A DNA stretch of 47,934 nt. It comes from a virus (taxonomy: Duplodnaviria > Heunggongvirae > Uroviricota > Caudoviricetes). Location: the IMG/VR virus record IMGVR_UViG_2778261630_000003; one strand, written 5' to 3'. Positions 18,888-28,637 of the stretch are shown piece by piece (the first letter of the stretch is position 1; each line of letters begins with the position of its first letter). Both the position numbers and the translations under genes were made by a program. Below the pieces are notes generated by a model. That model made no database searches. It was given only the letters and a program-made list of their open reading frames with translations, and was not told where the DNA came from.

Positions 18888-19963
18888 ACGATAACGTCAC
18901 GCTACGGGTAAATGGCCGGGAGTGGAATGGCTGGACATCGGTGCGCATCGGTGCCGGTATTGAACGGCTGGCGCGGGATTTCAGCGTGGAGATCACCCGC
19001 CAGTGGCCGGGAGATGAGGGTATCACCACGCTTCAGCCGCGCATTAAAAATGGTTCAAAAGTGGAAGTGCTGATTGGTGATGAGCTGGTGATCACCGGCT
19101 GGGTGGAGGCGACCCCCGTTCGTTACGATGCCCGTTCGGTCAGCACCGGTATTGCCGGACGTAGTCTGACTGCTGACCTGATTGACTGTGCAGCCGAACC
19201 GACACAGTTTAACGGACGATCGCTGGTACAGATTGCGCAGGCGCTTGCTGCGCCTTTCGGCATTGAGGTGGTGAACAGCGATGCGCCGTCGGGTGTTATT
19301 CCGGATGTCCAGCCTGATCACGGTGAAACGGTGATCGAGGTGATCAACAAAATACTCGGTCAGCAGCAGGCGCTGGCTTATGACGACCCGCACGGCAGGC
19401 TGGTGATTGGTGGTATTGGCTCAACGCGGGCACATACCGCGCTGGTACTTGGGGAAAACATCCTTTCCTGCGATACGGAGAAGAGTATCCGGGAGCGGTT
19501 TTCTGTTTACCAGGTGGCGGGGCAGCGTGCCGGAAACGACAATGATTTCGGTGAGGCCACCACCACCGCGCTGCGGGCCCGCACAGAGGACGCATTTATT
19601 GCCCGTTACCGTCCGATGTATATCAGGCAGACAGGGCAGGCTACGGGGGCAGGCTGTATTGCGCGTGCTGACTTTGAAGCCCGGCAACGGGCGGCGCGGA
19701 CGGATGAAACCACCTATGTGGTGCAGGGCTGGCGACAGGGTAACGGTACGCTGTGGCAGCCCAACCAGCGGGTGATTGTCTTCGATCCGGTCTGTGGGTT
19801 CGACAATACCGAACTGCTTGTCTCGGAAGTCACGTTTACTCAGGACCAGAACGGCACCCTGACGGAAATCCGTGTCGGCCCGCCTGATGCTTATCTGCCT
19901 GAACCCGAAGATCCCGGCGTGCGGAAAAAGAAAAAAGCCAGAGTACAGGAGGACCCGTTCTGA
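18884..19963 (+). CDS. Mu gpP-like baseplate/tail protein
   Basis: 359 aa, follows gpN-like gene in Mu-type order. Confidence 0.65.
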   Translation: MNDNVTLRVNGREWNGWTSVRIGAGIERLARDFSVEITRQWPGDEGITTLQPRIKNGSKVEVLIGDELVITGWVEATPVRYDARSVSTGIAGRSLTADLIDCAAEPTQFNGRSLVQIAQALAAPFGIEVVNSDAPSGVIPDVQPDHGETVIEVINKILGQQQALAYDDPHGRLVIGGIGSTRAHTALVLGENILSCDTEKSIRERFSVYQVAGQRAGNDNDFGEATTTALRARTEDAFIARYRPMYIRQTGQATGAGCIARADFEARQRAARTDETTYVVQGWRQGNGTLWQPNQRVIVFDPVCGFDNTELLVSEVTFTQDQNGTLTEIRVGPPDAYLPEPEDPGVRKKKKARVQEDPF

Positions 19964-20511
19964 TGAGGACGATTGAAGCCATGCAGCGACAACTCCTCGG
20001 CCTGATTGGGCGGGCCGTGGTGAAAAGCATCAGTGCCGCCACGAAATGTCAGACCGTGGATGTGTCCCTGATTGCCGGTGAACCCAAAGCCGGGGTTGAA
20101 CATCTTGAACCCTACGGTTTTACCGCAAGGGCAAACAGCGGTGCGGAAGCGGTGGTGTTGTTTCCGGATGGTGACCGTTCTCATGCGGTGGTTGTTACGG
20201 TGTCGGACCGGCGCTACCGCCTGAAAGGGCTGCAGACGGGTGAGGTGGCGGTCTATGACGATCAGGGGCAGTCCGTGACGCTGACCCGGGAGGGGATCGT
20301 GGTGGACGGTGCAGGTAAAACGATCACGTTTCGCAATGCACCTGAAGCACGTTTTGAAATGGACCTGGAAGTGACAGGACAGGTGAAAGACCTGTGCGAC
20401 TCCGGCGGCACCACCATGTCAGCGATGCGGCTTGCCTATAACGGGCATCGTCACAGAGAGAACGGTCAGGGCAGTAACACCGACAAACCTGATAAAGCGA
20501 TGGAGGCATGA
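19963..20511 (+). CDS. baseplate assembly protein V (spike)
   Basis: 182 aa, gpV-like OB-fold region, Mu-type order. Confidence 0.65.
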   Translation: MRTIEAMQRQLLGLIGRAVVKSISAATKCQTVDVSLIAGEPKAGVEHLEPYGFTARANSGAEAVVLFPDGDRSHAVVVTVSDRRYRLKGLQTGEVAVYDDQGQSVTLTREGIVVDGAGKTITFRNAPEARFEMDLEVTGQVKDLCDSGGTTMSAMRLAYNGHRHRENGQGSNTDKPDKAMEA

Positions 20512-20936
20512 TGGAACTGTGGCTGACGGTGAACGGTAAACGCACCTGCGCCAGCGCACCGCTGGATCCGCTGACCCGCGCCGTGGTGATTTCCCTGTTT
20601 ACCTGGCGGCGGGCGGAGCCTGATGACAACGCCGACGTCCCGATGGGATGGTGGGGGGATACCTGGCCTGCGGTACAGAATGATCGTTACGGCTCCCGAC
20701 TGTGGCTGCTTCAGCGCAGCAAACTGACCAATCAGCTGGTGCAGACGGTAAGGGGGTATATCCGCGAATGCCTGCAATGGATGATTGATGACTGCGTGGT
20801 GTCCCGTATTGATCTGGATATCCGCCGCACCGGGATTAATGAACTGGGTAACAGTATCACTCTCTGGCGTCGTGACGGACCGGTAATGATTTCTTTTGTT
20901 GATCTGTGGAGTGCGATAACGCATGGCGGACAGTGA
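20508..20936 (+). CDS. baseplate protein (Mu gp46-like)
   Basis: 142 aa, overlapping stop/start coupling with neighbours. Confidence 0.55.
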   Translation: MMELWLTVNGKRTCASAPLDPLTRAVVISLFTWRRAEPDDNADVPMGWWGDTWPAVQNDRYGSRLWLLQRSKLTNQLVQTVRGYIRECLQWMIDDCVVSRIDLDIRRTGINELGNSITLWRRDGPVMISFVDLWSAITHGGQ

Positions 20937-21974
20937 ATTTCAGCGTCCGACGCTGGCAGAAAATATCAGTATGCTCCGTAACGATTTATTCGCCAGGCTG
21001 GACGTCAGCGACACGCTCCGGCGCATGGATGAAGACGTGCGGGCAAAGGTGTATGCGGCGGCGCTGCATACGGTTACATCGATTATCTGGCAATGAACAT
21101 GCTGCCTGACCTGTGCGATGAGTCCTGGCTGGCGCGACATGCTGCGATGAAACGGTGTCCGCGCAAGGGGGCCACGGCTGCCAGCGGGTATATGCGCTGG
21201 GAAGGTGTCAGCGATGGCCTGAAGGTGACCGCCGGGAGTGTTATTCAGCGCGATGACCTGGTTCAGTACACGGCAACTGCCGATGCAACCAGCGCCGGTG
21301 GTGTCCTGCGCGTGCCGATCGCCTGCTCAAGTGCAGGCGCGGTCGGTAATGCTGACGACGGTACGTCATTAATCCTGGTCACGCCGGTGAATGGTCTGCC
21401 GTCTTCTGGCGAGGCAGATACCCTGACAGGTGGATTTGATACTGAAGAGTTGGAAACGTGGCGCGCCCGCGTCATTGAGCGGTATTACTGGACGCCTCAG
21501 AGCGGGGCTGACGGGGACTATGTTGTCTGGGCTAAAGAAGTTCCCGGCATTACCCGCGCATGGACATACCGACACTGGATGGGAACGGGGACTGTCGGTG
21601 TGATGATAGCCAGCAGTGACCTGATTAACCCCATTCCGGAAGAATCAACGGAAACGGCAGCAAGACAACATATCGGGCCACTGGCCCCGGTGGCAGGCTC
21701 TGATTTGTATGTATTCAGGCCGGTGGCGCATAAAGTGGATTTTCATATCCGCGTGACGCCGGACACACCGGAAATACGGGCTGCCATCACCGCCGAGTTG
21801 CGTTCGTTCCTGCTGCGTGATGGTTATCCGCAGGGAGAACTGAAGGTGTCGCGTATCAGTGAGGCGATTTCCGGTGCGAACGGGGAATACAGCCATCAGT
21901 TGCTTGCACCGGCGGACAATATCTCCATTGCAAAAAATGAACTGGCGGTACTGGGGACGATTTCATGGACGTGA
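20922..21974 (+). CDS. baseplate J-like protein (Mu gp47-like), reading frame apparently interrupted; ORFs 20922-21095 and 21093-21974
   Basis: 57-aa ORF starting where gp46 ends stops at 21095; a second frame opens just upstream and continues 293 aa; the pair together equals a typical baseplate J length. Confidence 0.5.
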
Positions 21975-22549
21975 CAAACGATGATTACATCCATCTGTTG
22001 TCGGCACTGTTGCCCCCCGGTCCGGCGTGGTCAGCCAGCGATCCGGCGATTGCCGGTGCGGCACCGTCATTAACCCGCGTTCATCAGCGTGCGGATGCCC
22101 TGATGCGGGAGCTGGATCCGCGCACCACCACCGAACTGATAAATCGCTGGGAGCGTCTGTGCGGCCTGCCGGATGAATGTATTCCCGCAGGAACGCAGAC
22201 CCTTCGCCAGCGTCAGCAACGACTGGATGCGAAGGTTAACCTGGCGGGCGGCATCAACGAGAATTTTTATCTTGCACAGCTTGCTGCCCTGGGCAGACCA
22301 GACGCTACCATCACGCGATACGACAAAAGCACGTTCACCTGCTCATCGGCCTGTACTGACGCGGTGAACGCGCCTGAATGGCGGTATTACTGGCAGGTCA
22401 ACATGCCAGCCGCCACCAACACCACCTGGATGACATGTGGTGATGCCTGTGATTCCGCACTGCGCTTCTGGGGGGACACCGTTGTCGAATGTGTGCTTAA
22501 CAAACTCTGTCCGTCTCATACCTACGTAATTTTTAAATATCCGGAGTAA
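21965..22549 (+). CDS. tail protein (Mu gp48-like, DUF2313/YmfQ-like)
   Basis: 194 aa, position between baseplate J and tail fibre. Confidence 0.6.
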   Translation: MDVTNDDYIHLLSALLPPGPAWSASDPAIAGAAPSLTRVHQRADALMRELDPRTTTELINRWERLCGLPDECIPAGTQTLRQRQQRLDAKVNLAGGINENFYLAQLAALGRPDATITRYDKSTFTCSSACTDAVNAPEWRYYWQVNMPAATNTTWMTCGDACDSALRFWGDTVVECVLNKLCPSHTYVIFKYPE

Positions 22550-22552
22550 TCC

Positions 22553-23296
22553 ATGCATCGCATAGACACGAAAACCGCGCAGAAGGATAAGTTCGGCGCG
22601 GGTAAGAACGGTTTTACCCGTGGTAACCCCCAGACCGGCACGCCTGCCACCGATCTGGATGATGACTACTTTGACATGTTGCAGGAAGAGCTTTGTGGCG
22701 TGGTGGAGGCATCCGGTGCCAGCCTGGAGAAGGGGCGAAACGACCAGTTGCTTACCGCGCTTCGTGCGCTGCTGTTAAGCCGCAAGAATCCGTTTGGTGA
22801 TATCAAATCGGATGGCACGGTGAAAACGGCTCTCGAAAACCTTGGTTTAGGAGAAGGCTCAGCATTGCCTGTTGGCGTACCTGTTCCGTGGCCCTCAGCC
22901 ACTCCGCCAACAGGCTGGCTGAAATGCAATGGTGCGGCTTTTTCTGCTGAAGAATACCCGGAACTGGCAAAGGCTTACCCGACAAATAAATTGCCAGATT
23001 TACGTGGTGAGTTTATTCGTGGCTGGGATGATGGGCGCGGCGTTGATTCAAGGCGTGCGGTGCTGTCAACACAAGAGCCAACTGTAGGTACTTTTTATGT
23101 GGGGCTAGCTATCATCTCGGGAACTTTGAGCGGCTCAGGTGCTAAATTTACCGATTCAGTAGGGATTGGATCAACCAGTAGTAACATTACCGTTAGCAAC
23201 GGTAATGACCAGTCCGTGTCGGGTACAGTGGCCGTTAACCCCGTCGATACCCGTCCACGCAACATTGCATTTAACTATATCGTGAGAGCAGCATAA
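22553..23296 (+). CDS. tail fibre protein; C-terminal part lies inside the invertible segment
   Basis: crossover site at 22830-22855 lies inside the ORF (...ENLGLGEG...); variable C-terminus downstream. Confidence 0.7.
   Translation: MHRIDTKTAQKDKFGAGKNGFTRGNPQTGTPATDLDDDYFDMLQEELCGVVEASGASLEKGRNDQLLTALRALLLSRKNPFGDIKSDGTVKTALENLGLGEGSALPVGVPVPWPSATPPTGWLKCNGAAFSAEEYPELAKAYPTNKLPDLRGEFIRGWDDGRGVDSRRAVLSTQEPTVGTFYVGLAIISGTLSGSGAKFTDSVGIGSTSSNITVSNGNDQSVSGTVAVNPVDTRPRNIAFNYIVRAA
22830..22855. repeat. invertase crossover site, left (gix/hix-like, 2-bp core TT)
   Basis: CTCTCGAAAACC-TT-GGTTTAGGAGAA; about 18 of 26 positions match the reverse complement of the site at 24757-24782. Confidence 0.7.
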
Positions 23297-23898
23297 TGGA
23301 TAAAGCAATATTAAATAGTGGACTTGTTGCTACAAAGGCAGGGGATATTACCGTTTATAACTATGATGGTGAAACTCGGGAATATATTTCCACTTCAAGT
23401 GAATATCTTGCCGTTGGTGTTGGTATCCCGGCATATTCCTGTCTGAATGCACCAGGTATACATAAGGCGGGTTATGCTATCTGTCGTTCTGTGAATTTAA
23501 ATTCATGGGAATATGTGCCAGACCATCGCGGTGAAATCGTCTATAACACCGAAACGGGAGAATCAAAACAAATCACAGCACCGGGTGATTACCCCGAAAA
23601 TACAACCACTATTGCCCCATTAACGCCATACGATAAATGGGATGGTGAGAAATGGGTGACCGATACTGAGGCACAGCATAGCGCCGCAGTAGACGCGGCA
23701 GAAGCACAGCGTCAGTCACTGATTGATGCTGCAATGGCTTCCATCGGTCTGATTCAGCTGAAATTACAGGCCGGACGGAAGCTGATGCAGGCAGAAACAA
23801 CCCGGCTTAACGCTGTGCTGGATTACATTGACGCGGTGACGGCAACAAATACCAGCACAGCGCCGGATGTCATCTGGCCTGAACTGCCGGAGGCGTAG
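23296..23898 (+). CDS. tail fibre assembly protein (orientation currently expressed)
   Basis: 200 aa, conserved C-terminal Tfa region ...TSTAPDVIWPELPEA. Confidence 0.7.
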   Translation: MDKAILNSGLVATKAGDITVYNYDGETREYISTSSEYLAVGVGIPAYSCLNAPGIHKAGYAICRSVNLNSWEYVPDHRGEIVYNTETGESKQITAPGDYPENTTTIAPLTPYDKWDGEKWVTDTEAQHSAAVDAAEAQRQSLIDAAMASIGLIQLKLQAGRKLMQAETTRLNAVLDYIDAVTATNTSTAPDVIWPELPEA

Positions 23899-24313
23899 GC
23901 CATTCAATATCTGGAGCACTGGAGGTATCAACCAGTTCCAGTGCGTCCAGATAATCCAGCCACAAATTATATTGCGCCAGTTCCTCACTTTTCAGACGAC
24001 CAATCGCCGCTTTGCCAGGCCACTGATGGGTATTGATGTAGGTATTGACTTCAGAAACCAAAGATATTTTTTTCATTTCAGCCGTCAACACCTCATCCTC
24101 TTTTGAAGGGGGTGGGGAATTAATCCATACTGGCCGTCCTGAACTGTCAGCGCCAATTTCTTTCCCTTCTGGATGCAGCCCAAGAAATTGCTCATATGTT
24201 TCTCTGGTAATTTCAATAACATCATCAGGAAGCGTTCCCGCATCCTCATATTCTGGAAACAATTCTTGCAGATAAAAACTTTTACTTCCGGGTGAAAAGA
24301 ATACTGAGTTCAT
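23870..24313 (-). CDS. tail fibre assembly protein (alternative, inverted)
   Basis: 147 aa, C-terminus ...TSSAPDIEWPTPPAVQAR parallels the + strand Tfa; convergent with it. Confidence 0.65.
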   Translation of the reverse strand: MNSVFFSPGSKSFYLQELFPEYEDAGTLPDDVIEITRETYEQFLGLHPEGKEIGADSSGRPVWINSPPPSKEDEVLTAEMKKISLVSEVNTYINTHQWPGKAAIGRLKSEELAQYNLWLDYLDALELVDTSSAPDIEWPTPPAVQAR

Positions 24314-24315
24314 TA

Positions 24316-24768
24316 TTACCGTCCAATGATTAATGCTGAGACGCTGGTATCTGAAGGAAAGGCTGCATTCAGTGGTTTGTCGACTTTGAACACAATCGTA
24401 TTATTCCCCCTGACAGCGGCAAAAGAACAAACCGCAGTCGCGTATGAACCTGTAATATTACTGGATACACCACCATAAGCTGTTGTTGATACCAGAGGGA
24501 TAACGCCCAGCACCTTATTAGGAAATACAAAGGGCAATGTGGCTGTGGCAATATAAGACTTATTAGAACCTGTGATGGCATAAGCATTATCAGTCATTCC
24601 ATTCATCGCCACTGGGCCGCTTATACTTACAGTAACCATCTGAATGATTAGCCCGTCAGGTTGACGAATCACAAAATTTCCATTGCCACCAGTAACCGTC
24701 CAGAAAGACATATCAGGGATTTGGTTTTCCCCGTTGCCCACATTCCGTTTTGCCGCTTCTCCCAAACC
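24316..24768 (-). CDS. alternative tail-fibre C-terminal variable segment (expressed only after inversion)
   Basis: reads from crossover site (..VGLGE..) on minus strand; no own start within the segment; ORF track shows it open to 24810. Confidence 0.6.
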   Translation of the reverse strand, partial: GLGEAAKRNVGNGENQIPDMSFWTVTGGNGNFVIRQPDGLIIQMVTVSISGPVAMNGMTDNAYAITGSNKSYIATATLPFVFPNKVLGVIPLVSTTAYGGVSSNITGSYATAVCSFAAVRGNNTIVFKVDKPLNAAFPSDTSVSALIIGR

Positions 24769-24782
24769 AACGTTTATAAAAA
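24757..24782. repeat. invertase crossover site, right
   Basis: TTCTCCCAAACC-AA-CGTTTATAAAAA, inverted relative to left site. Confidence 0.7.
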
Positions 24783-24836
24783 TGCATAAATAACGAGCAA
24801 ATGGCATCATTCCTGCTTTTGTCAGGGAGATCTACC

Positions 24837-25391
24837 ATGCTTATTGGCTATGTACGTGTGTCAACAAATGACCAGAACACAGATCTACAACGTAATGCGC
24901 TGAACTGTGCAGGATGCGAGCTGATTTTTGAAGACAAGATAAGCGGTACAAAGTCCGAAAGGCCGGGACTGAAAAAACTGCTCAGGACATTATCGGCAGG
25001 TGATACGCTGGTGGTCTGGAAACTGGACCGACTGGGGCGCAGTATGCGGCATCTTGTCGTGCTGGTGGAGGAGTTGCGCGAACGAGGCATCAACTTTCGT
25101 AGTCTGACGGATTCAATTGATACCAGTACCCCAATGGGGCGCTTTTTCTTTCATGTGATGGGTGCCCTGGCTGAAATGGAGCGTGAACTGATTGTTGAAA
25201 GAACAAAAGCTGGACTGGAAGCTGCTCGCGCACAGGGACGAATTGGTGGACGTCGTCCCAAACTTACACCAGAACAATGGGAACAGGCCGGACGATTAAT
25301 TGCATCAGGAGTTCCTCGCCAGAAGGTGGCGATTATCTATGATGTTGGTGTGTCAACTTTGTATAAGAGGTTTCCTGCAGGGGATAAATAA
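24837..25391 (+). CDS. pin: serine DNA invertase Pin
   Basis: MLIGYVRVSTNDQNTDLQRNAL...GRRPKL; matches remembered E. coli e14 Pin over essentially its full length. Confidence 0.95.
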   Translation: MLIGYVRVSTNDQNTDLQRNALNCAGCELIFEDKISGTKSERPGLKKLLRTLSAGDTLVVWKLDRLGRSMRHLVVLVEELRERGINFRSLTDSIDTSTPMGRFFFHVMGALAEMERELIVERTKAGLEAARAQGRIGGRRPKLTPEQWEQAGRLIASGVPRQKVAIIYDVGVSTLYKRFPAGDK

Positions 25392-25497
25392 AGTTAAAGA
25401 CACTTTGTGTACAAAAGAAAGTAAAACAACAGCAACTTGTTGCAATTTTATCAATAAAAGTAGTATTGTCGTGAAAAATTGATTAAAGATTAATATT

Positions 25498-26331
25498 ATG
25501 CATGTTTTTGATAACAATGGAATTGAACTGAAAGCTGAGTGTTCGATAGGTGAAGAGGATGGTGTTTATGGTCTAATCCTTGAGTCGTGGGGGCCGGGTG
25601 ACAGAAACAAAGATTACAATATCGCTCTTGATTATATCATTGAACGGTTGGTTGATTCTGGTGTATCCCAAGTCGTAGTATATCTGGCGTCATCATCAGT
25701 CAGAAAACATATGCATTCTTTGGATGAAAGAAAAATCCATCCTGGTGAATATTTTACTTTGATTGGTAATAGCCCCCGCGATATACGCTTGAAGATGTGT
25801 GGTTATCAGGCTTATTTTAGTCGTACGGGGAGAAAGGAAATTCCTTCCGGCAATAGAACGAAACGAATATTGATAAATGTTCCAGGTATTTATAGTGACA
25901 GTTTTTGGGCGTCTATAATACGTGGAGAACTATCAGAGCTTTCACAGCCTACAGATGATGAATCGCTTCTGAATATGAGGGTTAGTAAATTAATTAAGAA
26001 AACGTTGAGTCAACCCGAGGGCTCCAGGAAACCAGTTGAGGTAGAAAGACTACAAAAAGTTTATGTCCGAGACCCGATGGTAAAAGCTTGGATTTTACAG
26101 CAAAGTAAAGGTATATGTGAAAACTGTGGTAAAAATGCTCCGTTTTATTTAAATGATGGAAACCCATATTTGGAAGTGCATCATGTAATTCCCCTGTCTT
26201 CAGGTGGTGCTGATACAACAGATAACTGTGTTGCCCTTTGTCCGAATTGCCATAGAGAATTGCACTATAGTAAAAATGCAAAAGAACTAATCGAGATGCT
26301 TTACGTTAATATAAACCGATTACAGAAATAA
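25498..26331 (+). CDS. mcrA: 5-methylcytosine-specific restriction enzyme McrA (HNH)
   Basis: 277 aa MHVFDNNGIELKAE...HHVIPLSSGGADTTDNCVALCPNCH; matches remembered e14 McrA. Confidence 0.95.
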   Translation: MHVFDNNGIELKAECSIGEEDGVYGLILESWGPGDRNKDYNIALDYIIERLVDSGVSQVVVYLASSSVRKHMHSLDERKIHPGEYFTLIGNSPRDIRLKMCGYQAYFSRTGRKEIPSGNRTKRILINVPGIYSDSFWASIIRGELSELSQPTDDESLLNMRVSKLIKKTLSQPEGSRKPVEVERLQKVYVRDPMVKAWILQQSKGICENCGKNAPFYLNDGNPYLEVHHVIPLSSGGADTTDNCVALCPNCHRELHYSKNAKELIEMLYVNINRLQK

Positions 26332-26564
26332 AATTATTTATTAAAGTCACATTTAAGACGTAATACCCTACAGGGTAAAAATTTTTTCTGATCTTAACTT
26401 CTGCAAATGTTAACTGCTATTTTTATGCTAAAAATGGTTATCAAAACTCAAAAACACATGTTTATAATCAATGAGTTATAGAAATGCTAAGGGCTAATGA
26501 GTTATATGCAAATTAGTAAAATTATGTTGCTATGTCAAATAGTTACGATTTAGTCATCTAACTA

Positions 26565-26729
26565 ATGCTGCGCCATATGGGCTGGACTGAAGCCGCAGAC
26601 CTGATTGTTAAAGGTATGGAAGGCGCAATCAACGCCAAGACCGTAACCTATGACTTCGAACGTCTGATGGAAGGCGCTAAACTGCTGAAATGCAGCGAGT
26701 TTGGTGACGCGATCATCAAGAACATGTAA
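26565..26729 (+). pseudogene. icd: isocitrate dehydrogenase 3' fragment (icd C-terminal 54 codons), attachment-site-associated
   Basis: [54 protein letters not shown]; in-frame stop immediately upstream, so only the 3' end is present. Confidence 0.9.
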
Positions 26730-26742
26730 TCTCTACATGTGT

Positions 26743-26770
26743 TAAATATTATAACGGGCGTATAACACGC
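26743..26770 (+). terminator. intrinsic terminator after icd fragment
   Basis: AACGGGCGT-ataac-ACGCCCGTT followed by GTTTT. Confidence 0.7.
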
Positions 26771-26786
26771 CCGTTGTTTTATGATG

Positions 26787-26822
26787 ATGTAAAATCTTCC
26801 CCAAAACTTTCCCCAAAACCCT
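26787..26822 (+). repeat. three tandem TTCCCCAAAAC repeats in the att/int-proximal region
   Basis: units at 26787-26797, 26799-26809 and 26812-26822, between the icd terminator and the int 3' end. Confidence 0.8.
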
Positions 26823-26842
26823 TCCCCAAAACTGGCTATTTT

Positions 26843-27985
26843 CTATGCTGTTTTGATATCTACGATAATCCAGTCTTTACCACGATCATCATTGTATCGG
26901 TCGGTCATTTTTCTGGATTTATGGCCTAACAACTTTTGCGTATCCAGACCCTGTTCCCGATATAACCGTTCTGACAGAGATCGCTGCTCATGAAATGTGG
27001 GCGCAGTTCCTTGCTCCCATTTTATGCCACATTTTTCCCTGGCCTTTTTAAAAGCCGTTGTCAGAGTATTCGCAGAAACCTGGTCTCCTCTGTTTGCTTG
27101 AGAGGTTGTGTGACGGTAATGGACCAGATATTTACTAACAACAGCATCCCTGCACTGAGATATAACTTCACGAAGGGTAATATTCAGAGCATCGCATTTC
27201 AGGTTAAGCGGAATAGCAAGTTTTGAACCGGTTTTTTCCTGAGTAATGTGCAACATGTCGTCCTAGATATCAGAGAATTTCAAATTGCAGATATCGCCTA
27301 AACGTTGTCCAGTGACAAGAGCAAGTAGCATCCCGCATTTTAAATAGGGCTGCCGTCTGCTTACGCTGTCAAATATTGCCTGCCATTCGGGCAGTGATAA
27401 TCTTTGGCGGTTTACTCGATTTCGCGGTTGTTTTGTTGCCTGCGCTGGGTTAAATCCTGGCGGAACATGTCCTGCGTGTTGTGCTTCTTTGAAGACGTCG
27501 ATTAACACCATTCTCACGACTTGCGCCATCCTGTTATGACCTTCAGCCTTTACAGCATCAATTATTTCGGCAATATCAAGTGCGGTAATATCCTTGAGGT
27601 GTTGCATTCCACAATGCTCACGGAAAAGACGAATGGGTTTGCCTTTTTGCCGATAGGAGTTGGGTCTTAGTTCATTATGTTGCAGCCTGTCCTCCTGGAT
27701 AGAAATATATTTATCAAGCCATTCTGTCACCGTAATGTCTGAGCGCCTGCCTTTCATTCTTTCCAGACGCTCATTGACGCTTAATATTTGTCGGGTACGT
27801 TGTTCAGCAATAATGGTATTTGCTTCAGTAGCAACTTGTTTTGCTTCATTCTCATCAGTTCCTAAGCTATGAAAACGACCGGATAGTGGATGTTTGTATT
27901 GCCAATATACCTTTCCGGTTCGCTTATCTAATTTGCAATATAAATTGGGTATAGAGATTTTGTGAGATCGGGGTCTAGCAGCCAT
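26843..27985 (-). pseudogene. int: tyrosine integrase (lambda Int family) interrupted by a single in-frame amber codon
   Basis: ORFs 27263-27985 and 26843-27256 are in the same frame separated only by TAG (plus-strand CTA at 27263-27265); C-terminal part has HEQRSL...LLGHKS...RYNDDRG catalytic motifs. Confidence 0.85.
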
Positions 27986-28211
27986 CAGCGATTATCCGTT
28001 GGAGTTTTGGGTTTGCGTTTATTGGGAGTTGCGGTTCTGCAAGCGTTCCTACAAAACGGGAATTTCGGTCAATCATCCAGTAGCGACCAACTTTTATAGC
28101 GGGTGGGGCCATCATTTTCCCTTGCGCGTATTTTTTCAGAACTCGCTCACTTGGTGCTAAGTCCCCAAATTCTTCTTTAGCCCAGTCCTGTAAAGTGATT
28201 AGTCGAGACAT
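27975..28211 (-). CDS. xis: excisionase
   Basis: small basic protein with LITLQDW and PPAIKVGRYW resembling lambda Xis; overlaps int start. Confidence 0.7.
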   Translation of the reverse strand: MSRLITLQDWAKEEFGDLAPSERVLKKYAQGKMMAPPAIKVGRYWMIDRNSRFVGTLAEPQLPINANPKLQRIIADGC

Positions 28212-28350
28212 TTGTCCTCCTCTTAGCTGCTGAGGGAGTTTGTGACCGATATATCTGACATGATATTAAGCTCATGGCAGGTACATCTCTTGACTGGTCA
28301 TAGAGATAAAATTAATGCTGAGAAATGCAGTATTGAATTTATCAATTTTT

Positions 28351-28590
28351 CTATTTCCTGCGTATGGCACGTAACTTCTTAATGTGTTCTGCCGTTTCGA
28401 TCTCTTCTGCTATCCGATCTGCATCAGCTTTATTCACAGGTTCAAAGTCATGATTAAAGCGGAACATGCTGGCGATACATGTTCTGCCTTTTCGGATGTA
28501 GTGAACTTTGTTGTGGGTAGAACGCAGGATTTTGCAGGGAGTGCCGTGGTGGTCGACGTACCAGGTGTTAGGAAAAATGATTCTGAACAT
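28351..28590 (-). CDS. hypothetical early-left protein
   Basis: 79-aa ORF in the xis-exo accessory region. Confidence 0.4.
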   Translation of the reverse strand: MFRIIFPNTWYVDHHGTPCKILRSTHNKVHYIRKGRTCIASMFRFNHDFEPVNKADADRIAEEIETAEHIKKLRAIRRK

Positions 28591-28637
28591 TTTTACACCT
28601 CAGTTGGACGATGTTGAAATTTGCTGCTTTGAGGCCA

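Larger units (their letters stand above)
22856..24756. mobile_element. Pin-invertible tail-fibre segment (about 1.9 kb)
   Basis: flanked by inverted crossover sites; contains two convergent fibre C-terminus/assembly gene sets; invertase gene adjacent. Confidence 0.75.

Noticed and set aside
24769-24810. Upstream part of the minus-strand ORF 24316-24810 (MMPFARYLCIFINVGLGE...)
   Set aside because: This part lies outside the invertible segment and overlaps the pin promoter region; the functional unit is the fibre C-terminus read from the crossover site after inversion.
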